From Adineta vaga (lineage: Eukaryota; Animalia; Rotifera), in the NCBI GenBank assembly GCA_021613535.1, contig CP075492.1, positions 8,556,001 to 8,620,000 of the forward strand: DNA of 64,000 nt, read 5' to 3'. The notes under the pieces are model-generated. The model was given only the letters and a program-made list of their open reading frames with translations, had not been told where the DNA came from and ran no database searches. The position numbers were made by a program, and so were the translations under genes. Shown one piece after another: positions 40,906 through 55,460 of this stretch (positions are counted from its first letter, which is position 1; each line of letters begins with the position of its first letter).

Positions 40906-42714
40906 ATGATTCAAATTCATATTGACATGCTTCAAAATCTTCAACAAGCAATATTTGTCTTCAATATTCCAACTACAGCGTATGTTGATTTTCATTTGAA
41001 AAGTTTTCAAAACTACACGAAAGATCTCATATCTAAATGTAATATCTCTGAATGAAGAATAGAAATTTTATTCAAATGAAATCATTCATATATGAATGAT
41101 TTATGACGAAATCATGTATACGGTGTGAAGTGTTTTGTTGTTCGATATTCACTTCAAAAATGGATGATAAAATATACAAATCATATATATCGTGTCATCA
41201 TAGACTTGTCACATGTCATTGATATATTCTTAAGTGCGGAAAGAAAAACAGTGTCCGATTAACAATCTAGATAGATAATTATTCAATAATTTTATTTCTT
41301 TATTATTATTGAAATCTTTCTTTGAGATATGCATTCATTGCATAGTGTATGTTTCTTGATTTATCTGACTATTGAAAAATAAAAAAAATAGATTACATCA
41401 TCACGATTCGATATTTTATCGCGATTAAATCTGTTCACTTTCATTTAAAACAGTACCATATTAACAATGAATAAACATTCGATTATACTTAATGTATTTT
41501 TGATTTCTATAGCGAATGTAGTATTCAAACTGATCAAGTTATTATTGATAATAAATCTCAGCACGAACAAACAGTTATTCATTTTAATGGTTTAATAATC
41601 GATGTAAACAAAACTACTGAAACTACACCACCTGAAATGATTACAAATACAACTAATGAAGGACAGATTCGCCGAACATTCAAGTAATAAATTCATATCA
41701 GTTTGAAAACGAATTTTCTTTTCTTTTTCATCTCTTCAGATTTCCATTTCTTCGATTACCAACTATCATGAACAACATTCAGCATGATTTGATTAATGTT
41801 CAATGTGTTAAATGTCAAGCATTATTAAAAATCATTTCACATAAGTATGATTAATTTTGTTTTGAAGAAAAATTCTTCATCTGAATTTGATTATATATAC
41901 TAGTCAAACTTTCAAGATTGTGCAACAACAAAGTGCCAATGCAGATGAGATCAATGAAGTCATTTATTGTCATCGATTTTGTGAATCTCATCAACATGAA
42001 CATAAACATGCAGATACACAACAATTACATGTTCCTCTTGATCTTCATTCTGAACCAACTGTACTAGAGACAGTCGAAAGTTTCATCATTGCAAAAGAAT
42101 ATATATCTGTGGATTTAATTAATAACGAACTTGTTCAATGTCATCGTTGTTCTTCACAACTTGGCTCATTCGGTATGTTAAGTTTATTATTTATCTTGAA
42201 TTCAGATCAATAATCGAAAATGGAGAAAAACTTCCTTTCTACAATAAACAATAAGATAATTTAAAATTGTTGTCATTTCTATTTAGATATTCAAAAGAAT
42301 CTCATCTCATTCGATAAATATGCATTATTACCATTTTCGAACGATTACATATCGTCATGTTTTCGTCATCAAGAACCAGGTCGATATATAGTCAAAGTAC
42401 CAAAAGTCAATGATTCAGTATTTCTTGTATGGATATTACCCAATCAAATAATTTCTGCTAATGTATCAGTCAAATCAATCAATTCATCTACTCAACTTGA
42501 TTTTCAACGAAAACGAAAAATTCTCTTCAGTCATATTACATCAGCAGATGATAAAACATTTGTTGATTGGAAAAGAGATTTTTCAGTAACAACTCTTTTG
42601 ATTAATCGATTGTGTCTTAATCATTTATCAACAACATTCAAACAAGAACTAGAAAAATTTCCTAATATTTTCAATCCTAAAGAAACATTTCAATCATTGA
42701 CTATTTCTATTTAA
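40906..42714 (+). CDS. UBE3D: E3 ubiquitin-protein ligase E3D (UBE3D/Ipa1-like)
   Basis: Spliced protein has CVKC, YCH, CHRCSSQLG, FLVWIL and KILF...WKRDFSVTTLL...CL, the pattern of HECT_2/UBE3D; 5 exons. Confidence 0.7.
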
Positions 42715-43143
42715 TATATTTTTGTACTACTTGAGTAAAAATGCATACAATACAAGAAACACATGTCCAAGGACTCTCTTTCTCTTAAGAATCATGTTTT
42801 TGAACTATAGTACTAGATTCGAATTCACCATTCTCGATTACCATTCGATCAAGTTCTGTGGGAATTATTTCTAAGCATTTTTGTTTTTCCTAATCTCATT
42901 CTCGATGATGTACTAGCTTGAATCTATTCCTTTTATTTCTGTTCGATATGTAAATTTGCTAAAATTACATTTGCAACAGTTCTCTCTTTCTTATCTAACG
43001 TATAAAGACGTTCACTGTCGTCACATAACAAAGCAAATAAATGATAATATTCATATTACATCTATTTCTGCTACGAATAATCGGGAGACAATATATTCTG
43101 TATTGGTATGTTTCTATGCTAAAATTAACATTATATTTAACTA

Positions 43144-43600
43144 GGTTATTGTGAATCTTAACAATTCAATTGTCGATGCATTAGTACGAATACCAATATG
43201 CAATTCAAGAGATCGACCTTGACAATAAGTTTTACTTACGACACTTAATGCATAGACACAGATTGCTCGTGAACATAATATACAATGTTGGGTCGCCTAT
43301 GGACCACCTGTGGGTCATATGCAACGTGGTAGTTTATTACCTTATGATGGAGATACAGACCTATTAATGTAAGCACATGATACAAATTTCTCATCCATCA
43401 ATGAATTAAAAGTTCATCCAGAATGGTTTTATGTTGAATATGCAAACCGTTCATATTATCGAAAACATTGACTCAATATTTCAGTCTAGTGTCTTGCAAA
43501 ACCTGAAAATATAGTGACTAGATTATATGGAAAACGATCTGTAACAGAAACAAGTAAAAAATGTATTAATCATATTTGGTTTTTAGCATTGAATTTTCAA
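43144..43600 (+). pseudogene. LicD/fukutin-family nucleotidyltransferase pseudogene
   Basis: ...IAREHNIQCWVAYGPPVGHMQRGSLLPYDGDTDLLM* matches the LicD WxxxGTLLG..R...iPwDxDxD motif. In-frame stops flank it and the GTL motif has decayed to GPP. Confidence 0.7.
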
Positions 43601-44177
43601 TATCATATCTAATATGATAATAGAAAGGTTATAACCAACTTTTATAAATTAAATTCTTTTTCCCTTTCTTTTTTTATTATTAATATCATTTGGATATTCA
43701 ATTAGTTCCTCATGTTCTTCTTAAAATATAATATTGTAATAAGAGAGAATTTTATCATTTGGGTGTCGAGATAGATTCACATCCTTCAGTGTGTCTCGAT
43801 CATTTATCACTCAACAGTATCGAAACATGAGCTAAGGATATTTCCAAATGTTTTTAATAAAAACTAGTTTTGTCGTTGTGATACTTGTATTTAAATAAAA
43901 ATATAACGAAGGAGAAGAATAAATTCACTGTATGTTTTAGATGTGTGTTTATGTGTATGTATCGAGCGAAAAAGTCAGACAGCATGTTGTCTTCAACGAC
44001 TAATCCTTTGTTTGTAATAAGCAGTAGTAATAGTAAGGAACGAAAAAATGTTAATAAGATCAAATAGCAATTAGCTGACGAGCGAAACAATGAACTGAAG
44101 AAAGAAGAAAAGAGTTGTACCTCACTTATTCACTCGTCAATAAAGTGACGAGAACGAATGTTTTAAGACACATAACT

Positions 44178-46753
44178 ATGGAATCCAACGATTACATCAC
44201 AAAAGATTGTACTACTATCTATCGTTTCCAATTTGCAAGTATCGCTTTTCTATGTAGTCTTTATCTTCCATATACATTTCATTCCAATATATGGTCACTT
44301 TATACACAATCATTTACTCCAGTTAACTGTTCAGTGATCAATACACCGTTGATATCTGGGTCAACGTTACAAACGCAAACAAAATCTTTACTATCGGTTT
44401 TAATAAAAAACTTCAATCAATCAGAATGTTGTCCATGTCATGAAATTCTTAATGGTAATATCAAAGATAAACGTTTATTCAATCTGTGTCAAGAATGGGT
44501 AGCAAATGTAAAGGAATTGAAATCACGGAAAGCGACTATTACCGATGAAGTAAGTCTAAATGTGTCCTTAGTCGAATAAAAAGAAAACTTTATTTCATTT
44601 TCAGTGGCATATGACATGTGGTCAAGAAAGTCGTCGAAATCTCATGACAGGTTCGATTTCATTTTTAATTGCAGAAATCATTGGTGTCATAATAATTGGT
44701 ATATTGGCTGATCATTATGGAAGGAAACTAATGTTGCTGATGTGTCTTTATATTCCGGTGGTATGTAATCACTCAAAAAAGCTCTCTGATCTCTCATATT
44801 CTTATTCTTTTTCCAAGCTGTTTGGTTCGTTAGCTGCATTTACAACTACTTATTCTCTATTTATTATTCTTCGTTGGCCTGTCGGGTTTTTAAATAAGGT
44901 ACATTTATGTAGAAATCTATTTGATTGCTCAATATTTTGCGAATTCTAGGGTCTTCTCTTACTTGTTTATATAATGGTTATTGAATCATGTGAATACAAA
45001 CATCGAGCACAAATTGGTTGTCTTCTTCTTGCTTCTATACCTGTATTTGGCATTATCATAGGTGTTACTTATTTTTTTCTATTAGACTGGCGTCATATGC
45101 AACTACTTGGTATCTTTCTTCAATAATTGTTTATTTTACTAGTACTTATTCTTCTAATCTAGGAACATTGATCACTACATTGACTCTTTGTTATCCATGG
45201 TATAGAACTAATTGTTCTTGTAATTTATTTATTTTTATCTGTACAAAGTTTAGGTTAATACCAGAATCTCGTCGTTGGTATGTGAATAGTCATCGTGTTT
45301 CACGTGTGAATAAACTTCTCCAATTATGTTCGAACAAACAACCATCAACATTAGGCTTGAATAAAGTTGGTTCATCAGCACCATCAACAACGATGGGTTA
45401 TGATAAACCAATCCTATCACAGGATGCTTTTCGTGTTCAAAAAGGTTCTATTACATGTTTATTTCTTGATCAACAAATTCGTACAATCATTGGTTGTTTA
45501 TCTATACTATGGTTTGATCCGTTTACTTCTATTATCCATTGTGAAGATAATCTTTGTTTGAATTTAAGGTTTCTCTCATCGTTCTGTTACCGTTGTACAT
45601 TTTTTCCAACAATCTTTCCACACCCAACAATGAATTATGTTTTAATGAATGCAATAGAATTTCTTTCATTTATCATTGCCTTTCTCGTTGCTTACAAGTA
45701 CGTTGATAATACATGGAAAAAGAATAATAATAATAATAATAAAACTACGTCAATTATTTTCTAGAATTGGTCGTCGAGCACCAGTAGCTGTACTTATTTT
45801 AATAAGTGGTTTATCATCAGTTTCATTAGCAATTACATTACTTGGAACAGGTTTAATGAAAGAAACAGATTCAAGTTTTCCTATATACCTATATTTATTT
45901 CATAGGACATATATGGCTGGAAATAACGTTTTCACTCGTAGCTCGTGGATGTCTTCGAATTTGTTATTGTCTTTTAGTTTTATTTACTTCTGAACTATAT
46001 CCAACATCAGTTCGGTAAAATCTATTTTCTACATGTCTGAAGTTATCATATGAATGAACGTAACATTCTTTTTATACAGAGCAACTGGTTTGGCATTTGG
46101 ATTATCTGCTGAAATTATAGCACGAATTTTAGTTGAACTACTTCTCTATGTAAGTGAAAAAATCAGAAATTTCATCAGAAATTTCTTTCTGTTTATAGTT
46201 TGCTATAGATCGAATATTACTTTTATTTATTTCTGGTGGCATGTTATGTCTTAGTTGCTGTTTAATATTTCCTTTACCGGAAACAATACTATATGATTTA
46301 CCTGATTCACTTACGGATCTTCAATCAATGAGACGTTCTGTAGTTAATGAAAATAATGGTGAGATGGCACCACCTAGTTCACATTATCATATGATCGATG
46401 CTAATACATTGGCATTTCCACGTCTCTCACAATCTAATACAACACATTCTAATGCGAATGACTTATCTTCGTTAACTCCAACAACATTACTTAGATCACA
46501 ACGACAAGAAAGGAATGCAATAGATAACAGTATCACTATTCATTCTCAATCGGAAATCATACAAATAAATTCAGATGGATCACCATTAAATGCTTTATCT
46601 AATCCATGTTATTTTGCTACGTTGAATAATACAACAAGTCAATATGATTTCGAACAACAAATCGATAATCGTTTGATGTTTAGTATTCAAGGTTTACAAA
46701 ATAATAATAACAATAATAATAGTGTAGAAGAAAGAGAAGATACAAGATTTTAA
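44178..46753 (+). CDS. SLC22-like organic cation/anion transporter (MFS)
   Basis: Cys-rich first loop, EWHMTC, GILADHYGRK, DWRH, LIPESRRW, IGRR, SELYPTSVRATG and LPET. Confidence 0.88.
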
Positions 46754-48344
46754 ATGTAGATGCATGTGTTCATTAGTTGAAAATGTTTTTATTGTATCAT
46801 TGAATTTTGTTTTGTATTTATTAGTAAAATATAAAAAGTTATCTAATTCTATGTGCATACAATTTTTTTTGAAGTCTTTGAAAAGTTCGCAAAGGTGAAT
46901 GAATATATATGTAGTTAAAATATTGACCTGTGATATCTGAAATAATTCCACCCAAGTACGATCGACCAATTGTCCGTTGATATAGCATCAGTTCGTTAGG
47001 ATATACAAATAAAATTCGATACTAACAAGTACATCATGCGAAGAAATTATCTTTAAACTAGGTTAGGACGGAATATGCGCGCATCAATCAGATATTTTCT
47101 CATTGTATACTTTTTCATTCATTGGTCATAAGCACGAAAAACATTGACCTATATCTATGTTTTAACTTCCGTCAGTAGATCATCTTAAAATCAGAACATT
47201 CTTCTTTTCTCTTTTCTAGCTGAATTACCTATGAACAAAATATTAACAGATCGAATATATTCTATGTATGTCCAATATCTAGATCTATCGATATTTAGTA
47301 TAACATCAAGAAGTTCAAATTCTTTTTCTCTCTCTCTTTCTCTCTCTCGATAGAACAAATAAATACTACAGTCATTTCTCATTCGATTGTTATGATACAC
47401 ATCTAAGTAACAACAGATCGAAATGAATGAAGTATACGTGAATTGATACGTCTTATTCGTAAGTAGTTCTCGGAAAAGTTGATTAGTACCTGTAAACAAT
47501 ATGTAAATATTTGGCTCTTGTAAATCACCTCTGCTTTCGAGTTCATTCGTACTATCAAATATAAACTCGAACTCACGGGTGGATATACAGCCAGATTAAC
47601 GACATTTTTTCATAGTAATTTTCAATTCTCAATGCGATATGTATAGTTGTTTAAAATCATTGCTGAGTGCATGAATCAATAGTTCATTTAATATTTTGAG
47701 AATTCAAGTTTCTTGCGGCAGAAGTTGACGTGAATATCAAACTATATACATATTTACAACACTGTAAAATCAATGTCATTTCGTAGATCTGTTTATTTGC
47801 ATAAAAATTCTTTATACGTGGAGTTTTTCTACGATAGGAATAATCCTCAGTGGAAATCGATATATACAATGATATCAGTATGACATGTCAGGACGACTTT
47901 TGTATACTACAATACTGTTTGGAAATAGACTTGTTCTGTAAGCTTCAACGTACAATATGATAATTGTAAAGAAAATATATGTATGAAAAAAAATCATATA
48001 GACCTAAATGAACTTGCAAATCAATGATGATTATGTGCCATGAGTTAGTTGATGCGTACTTCTACTAAAAATAAAACAGTGCTTTGCTTTTTAAAACAAA
48101 AGAAGATAACGAACAAAGTAAAATTCGTTTTCACACTGAATATATGGCAAAGAAAACCAAAATAAGGTTTATTATGATTTGTTTTTCTGACAACAATTTC
48201 GCATTATTTAATGCATGTGAGATCAGTATATATGAAAACGATTACATATGTATAAGAAAGGAAAAAAAACAACTCTTATAATTTTCATTCAAATGCAAAG
48301 AAAAAAAGAAGAAACAAATAACTAATTCATATGTATATATATTT

Positions 48345-50132
48345 CTACAATTTTCGAAAATCGCATCGAAGTAAACGTGTATAAGTTTTCTTAAATTGTC
48401 GATTAGCAAGTGCATAACAAAATGGATTAATTGGACTGTTTAAGTAGCAAAGAAAATAACAAGCATGAAAGAGATATGTATTAAACACAATACTTTCACG
48501 ACATGTTTTGCAAAACGTTTGAATTATTGTATGTATATGCCACTAAAAGAAGAAAAATGAATTCAAAGATTTATCATTGATTTTATTGAATATGTCAGAC
48601 GCTCATCTTTCATTTTGTCGAGACAAGAACGATTATAAGATATGATACTAAATATGTCCTTCTCTAGATTCATTCTTAAACACTCTCGATTATAAGTATG
48701 CTTTTATATCAAATGTAAATCTACTCACTGGTGTCCAACATAGAACGAATGCGCCCATAATAACAGTTATAGTACGTAATGCTTTTCTTGCTTTATTGCT
48801 ACTTCCATTTCTACCACATGGTTTTTGTTTTGTTGTAGTTGATTTAAAACTATTATTGGGAACATTAGGTAGAAGTAAACGATTTTCTTCCGATTTTTTA
48901 TTCGTTTCACCATCAATACGAGTAATTGGTAATATTGTGGATACATTGGGAGATATAGCAGCAACAGATGGATGTTCACCACTCGTTTCATTCGATGATG
49001 AACGATTGATAACGTCAAGTCCATTTGATAATCTATTTTGATTATCATGTTGATTATGATTGATCAATGAACTCCCAACATCATCATCGATACTTGTATT
49101 ACGTCGTGATAGTGATGACAGACTTGGTTGTTTCTTTTTCTTTGATCGTGCAGATGATGATGCGCATTGAGTTGTTTGAGTAACTTGATGACTTTTTGAC
49201 ATACTTGTTGCAAGATCTGTCACTGTTGTTGGTGGAGCACCTATAAGAGTTGAAACTTTTTTTGCATTTGCATTTGAACGTTTTTCCAATGCACTTGCAA
49301 CTTGATAGATAAAGAAGTATAATGTAAACATAACTAATAATGTTACCCAAAAATAACCAATAGTTAAACCTAAAAGAACAAAATGACATGACAAGAAATG
49401 AATTTCATTCAGCAAACCTAGATTAAAATAAGGATTCTTATTCCATTGTACGCTAGAAATAGAATGAAAGAAAAAGAAATGTCATGATATTTTCTGTTCT
49501 TACAAAATTTCTTGAGGCAATTTTTGTCCTTACTCGCATTGAAGATCAAACACACTTAAATTTGGCTTTTTGCTGAATAAGGGATAACCCATGGTTGAAG
49601 CAAAAAATATCAATGCAGGTACAAACCATGTCAAAAGCACCAAGAAAATAATACGTTTTTTCGTTCTCCAATTCCGATATTTTGTCGGAATTTTCACTGA
49701 ACAAAAACGATCAACGGTAATTAAAAGCACCGTATAAATAGATGCTAAACAGACAGTATAATCTAAGGATAACCATATATCGCATAAAAATGATCCGAGC
49801 ACCCATCGATTTTGATATATAGCTAATGTTAAAAAAGGCATTGAGACACAGCCAATTAGAAAATCACTAATAGCTAATGATAATATAAAATAATTTGTTG
49901 GTTGACGAATTTGTCGATCAACAAAGAATGAAACAAGTACAAGTATATTTCCAAAAATGGTTAATAGAGAAGAAAATATTCCGATAATGGCAATGACAAT
50001 ATTTACTTGTGGAGGATACGGATGTGATGATGAAATAAAAATTGTTGATGATGAATCTTGAATATCATCATTTGATAAATTATAGAATATAAACGATTCG
50101 TTAAAAAATAATAACGGAAGTTGTTCTACCAT
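48345..50132 (-). CDS. Muscarinic acetylcholine receptor, B-type (mAChR-B/GAR-like) GPCR
   Basis: [67 protein letters not shown]|WHI and [22 protein letters not shown]. Confidence 0.9.
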
Positions 50133-51751
50133 ACATGTAATCGTAACGAATATTAACCAAACAAAACGAATGATTTATCTGAAATAAATGAATCAAATCG
50201 AGACATTATTTACTTATTTAATGGATAACGATTTGTCTAAATTACCTGATGGTATTGTATGTAATCGTCACTTATCTGAAATATATAAGACAGAGATAGA
50301 TATTGTCAGACAGACGATGAGAAAGAGAAGGAGAGATAGGGAAACATTTCTCTTATTTTGAAGAGACACATCAATGTATATTGATGATATTCATCATTAT
50401 TACTCTCTCATACTAGCACTAAAATAAGATAGGTTTTATGTCTATCTTTTTATTGAGCTAGAGGCAGTATGCATATTTCCCTTTTCTTTCTCTCACTCTT
50501 GTTCGAGCCTCTAGCAATATTCGATTTTTTCTAATTGAAGGCGGTCAATTATTGTTAGATCGGAAAAGCGAAGACAAATTCATTGTTTCTTTTTCTCAAC
50601 TTATGTGCTTGTAATGATAATCATCTATCAAGAGACAGTTGTCGTACACAGCGTTACTCTATGCTTCTCTTCTTCTCTTTCATCAAACACTATTCTTTCT
50701 TTTTTTTTGCTAACAGTCATGAATTTTCCTCACAAAAACGCGTGCGTCGTGCGATGGAAAGAGAGAGAGAGAGAGTTACAGTAGCGGACGAAACGTTTAG
50801 AGCAATAATCTATCCATCGTTTCCTTGTTTTCCTTCTTTTCTGTCTTTAGCTTTATTATTTAGAAAGGAAATTTTATTATTTGGTTAATGCTACAACTGA
50901 TTTTTTTTCCTTCTTGACAGAACATTCGCACCTACCTCTAGAGATTTGATAAATCTAAAGAATTAGTTTCGGAATCAAAAATGAACAAACATCAATAATC
51001 TTCTTGTTAAACATATATCCAAAGAATCTTTACGTAATTTATCATGAAAAATTACAATCGTCTCGAGTTGTTATCAGTTCGTCTATCTTAGCTGACTTGT
51101 TTCCTTATTTAGTTATCGTTTAAGAAAAAGATGCTGTGCTGACTTTCTCTCTCTCTCTCTCCTAGCGACAGTTATTACCTTCTTGTGTCGTCACTTAGCC
51201 TAAAGGCGGTGAAAAGTAAACGAGCTAGTGTGCACCAGACTTCGATGATGATAAATGAGCGTGTGTTGTAAGATAGAGATGATGGCTTCGACGCTTCCTG
51301 AATGAACTAAAATAGGATGTTTATGGTTGTCGAACACAAACATACGAAGCGGAACAATTGAATAATAAGAAACGACAAAAGAAATAGAACACATTTTGAA
51401 CAGATAGACTGAATATATCTACGAATTTACTGAAAAAAATCCGAACAATGACAAATTGATACAGCTGGTTGTAGTAGACTCAACCGAACTATCGAATTAA
51501 TGTCTATGTGTGGAAAGAAATTCACTAATCAACACCTAATAATTGAGTAAAAACAAGAGATTGGCATATTCAATAGACATGTATTCTTAAAACGTCAAAT
51601 GAAATAGAAAGAAAGTATCACTACTTCGTTATAATTAGTAATCAATTATAAATCTCAAACTTTCAAGTGTTCTCACTCACTTCGCGAAAACAACTATTGT
51701 CAATTCCATTGATTTCGAATAACAAAAATAACTACATTATCTAACAATTCT

Positions 51752-53230
51752 ATTGGGAAATTATTCAGTCTTTTCTTTATTATTACAATCATTAAGAGAA
51801 TCCATCACATAGAAAACTAGTTTCTCAAAATATTATAAGTGAAGTCACAATAAAAAACCAAACAAATCCATTGACGAAAGTATTATTACAACTTTTAAAA
51901 TCAACATTCAAATAAATTCATTGTATACCAGCAAATACATTATATCTGACAAGAATTCATATTGCGAACACAATGACATTTTTATTTGATTTAATTCAAC
52001 TTGAATATTATCACAATCAGTTGGCATCAATCATAGCTTGACATCATGATTAAGATCACGATATTTTCGAAAGATGCTTCTTTCAATCATCACCCATTCA
52101 GATTCAATGCTATTATTATTTTATTTGCTATCTCACATATCACTAATGAACTCTTCGAGAGAGATAAATCCATCACCATTCTTATCAATATCTTCGATTG
52201 TTTCAGTTATAACAAGATCTTTCATGCGAAGACTTTGTTCGGGATGAATAAAATCAGCAAATTCACGCTTATTTAAACTTCCATTACTATCTTCATCATT
52301 TTTTTTATAGATCTAATTCGTAAAAAGAAAGAGAAATAAGAAAAAACTCGTTACTAACATCATATATCAAAATGATTGTAATAATGATTTATGATTAATC
52401 ATATTTGTTTTTCATATCTAATCATACTTGGAATCAAATATATCTTTCACTCTTATTTGAACTTTACTACTTACATCAGAAATTATAATATTAAAAATTT
52501 ATTTCTATTTCATCTAATTGCGCGAAAGAAAATGAAGTGTATATAATGTAAAAAGTACTTTATATTTATTGTCAACGAAGGCAAGTCACTTGTGGCAAAA
52601 ATATTTTTACAATTTCTAGGAACATGTAGCTTTTTCGTTTACCCATAGATATGTTCGTTTTGACTAGAAATAATAAGGAAAATACCTGATGCGTTTTGAT
52701 TGTATATCTGATTTCAGTAAATATCAAATACAAAATATCGTTTTCTTACCTCACTTGATCCTTCATTTAGTATTTTAATTTGCTGTAAGAGAAAATACGT
52801 CATCAATACTCATGTCTATTGATTGTTCTTATATCAGAGTGAAATACTACAGAGATGAATTTCTATTTCTGTCATTAATATATAAGTGTGACTTGTAAAA
52901 CACAATATTAATCAATATTTTCTACCTCCAACGAATGTCATTCTGTAGTAGAACTTCCAGAACGTTTTCTCGTGATGTTTTCGAGTTCAGGAACACCATC
53001 AACTCTCTTACATATCAAGTATTCATCCGAAGTCACGTACATAAAGATTATCTACAGAGTAAAATACGTTATTTTATCATATTCATCCCATGAGATTCTC
53101 TTATGCGAATCATTGTTCATCAGTAATTTGATGTGTTTGAACAGATTTGATTCAATCTTTGAATTTTTTGTTTTGATCATAGAAAATGATTGGATTTTTC
53201 TTGCAAATAAACTGGCTATATCATATTCAA
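51752..53230 (-). pseudogene. Degenerate tandem duplicate of the calumenin/reticulocalbin gene
   Basis: About 51995-52300 is highly similar to about 53770-54085, with deletions and a W-to-stop change. About 53065-53160 resembles 54375-54490, and the 3' flank at 51760-51840 resembles 53385-53460. Confidence 0.85.
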
Positions 53231-53570
53231 AATATGTTTGATATTTTCGTCCAATAATTCATTATTAAAATGTTCAAGATCAATCATATGCTATGTTATA
53301 GAACGTCTATAGAAAGTATTCAAAAGCATAATCAATTCATTAATTGCTAAGATGTGTTTAAAATGCACGGATTTTATTACGAAATTATTCATTCGTTTCT
53401 GAATTATTACAATCATTAGAAAAATCATCACACAGCAAACTATTTTCTCTAAATTATCTTAACAAAACGTAGAAAAAAACAGCAATAGAGATTAAAAAAG
53501 ATTTGACTTGATTAAATAAAGAAAACAAAATGCACTAATTTTCGGATTAGTTTCATAACATATACATCAT

Positions 53571-54909
53571 TTAAAGATCATTATGAACTCTTAATTCAGC
53601 ACCCCAATCCGTTGCTTGGCTACCAACAAAAACATCATGTTTATCAAGAATTTCTTGTTTAGTTAATTGATCATCCTACAAAAAAAAGAAAGAAGAGAAT
53701 ACTCCAAGATAGATTTCATTTATTTTACTTGATCTACATCAGCTTCATGAAAGAGATGTGCTGTTTCAGCTTGAATATTATCATAATCAATTGGCATCAA
53801 CCATAGTTCAACTTCTTTTCGATCCATCTTTCCATCATGATCAAGATCACGATATTTTCGAAAATTGCTTCTTTCAACCTTCACCCATTCAGGTTCAGCA
53901 CTATTATTATTTTGTTTGCTATCCCACATATCACTAATGAACTCTTCGAGAGAAATAGATCCATCACCATTCTTATCAATATCTTCGATTGTTTCAGTTA
54001 TAACAAGATCTTTCATGCGAAGACTTTGTTCGGGATGAATAAAATCAGCAAATTCACGCTTATTTAAACTTCCATTACCATCCTCGTCAGCTTTGTTAAA
54101 TCTATTATATATAAAAACACAAATTCAAGTACATCTACAGAAGATGATCATCTATGTCTAATCATTCATAAGGAAAAACAAAGTAAAAAATGAATTATTG
54201 TTGATTTCACTTCTCAAGATCATTGTATTTACCTTCTTCGATCTTTCTTTTGCAATCGAATGTATTGATCTGTGACTGGTTTTGGTTCAGGTATATCATC
54301 ATCTATATCAAACCATCAATACTTAATCCAATTTACTTTTCTAATAATCTTACATAGAGCGTAGTAGGTTGTTTTATCATATTCATCCCATGAGATTTCA
54401 TTATTTGAATCATTGTTCATTTGTAACCATTGACGTTCAACGTCATCAGTAATATAACGTGTTTGAACAGATTTGATCCAATCTTTTAATTCTTGTTTTG
54501 TGACTGTACCATTATGATCTTTATCAATACGATCAAACAACGCACTAAATGAAATGAAATTTTCATTAGTAAACTGAGAAATATTTGTCACTTACCCAAG
54601 ACGTTTTTTACTTTCTTCAACAGGTAGTTTATCAAATTTTTTAGCTTCTTCGGCACCTAAAAATGCTTCATGATCATATTCAGTATTATGTTCAATTTTT
54701 TTATCATTATTTATATCAGCAAAATGTTCTTGTTGACTAAGTGGCTAGATTGAAAAAATTAAAGAGTAGCACGAAAGATCAAAAGAAAATGATCTACATA
54801 CTAAATCTAATACGCGAGATTTATGATCATTTTGTGTTACAGTTGGAAGAATACCACCATAACATGAGATAATAGATAGAGAAGCAATTATCAATAGAAA
54901 AGATGACAT
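53571..54909 (-). CDS. CALU: Calumenin/reticulocalbin (CREC) EF-hand ER protein
   Basis: Signal peptide, [19 protein letters not shown], several EF-hands (DKDHNG, DEDGNG, DKNGDG, DLDHDG), [10 protein letters not shown] and C-terminal HNDL*. Confidence 0.92.
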
Positions 54910-55237
54910 CTGAAATAAAATAAAAATATAGAATGATCGTTGAAAAACTTTTAAAAGAAAGTTTTTCACTTTATGACAAATTCAACTTACAAAATTATTA
55001 GTTCTATTTGTATCCAGTATTGTCTATCAATTATAGGTACAACCAACAGAATCAAAAATATTCTTTCCTGTAATTTAGTATTGCTCTATCGCAATGTCGA
55101 ATCAGAAAATAACACATGATAAAACGTGCGGTTGTCTCGATCTTCTGTTCTGTACAATCTGTCAGATGAGTAATAATAAGTAGAAACAGTTTTCATTCTT
55201 ATCAGATTGACAAAATTTAGAGAACATCACTTTTTAA

Positions 55238-55320
55238 CTGTGTTTCTGTTCCCATTCCTTTGCTCATGGGAATGGGATTGGGAAACTGAAGGAGAAAAAT
55301 CAATCCCACAGAACACTAAT
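55238..55320. repeat. Short GC-richer inverted-repeat element, possible MITE remnant
   Basis: CCCATTCC...GGAATGGG hairpin followed by ATCCCACAGAACACTAA; a partial reverse complement GTTCTGTGGGA occurs near 42853. Confidence 0.35.
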
Positions 55321-55460
55321 CATTAGTCATCGACTTATCTTTATCAAAGGAAAAGATGTATGTTGATAAGTCATAGGATTTTCTACTTACACTGAATAGA
55401 ATATTAAATATTGTTGATTTTTAATGATCAATATTTTTTAGATATTATCTAGAAAATAAA

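Noticed and set aside
52046-54067. Two near-identical 76-aa plus-strand ORFs (52046 and 53837)
   Set aside because: They are antisense to the calumenin exon and its pseudogene copy, not a separate gene family.
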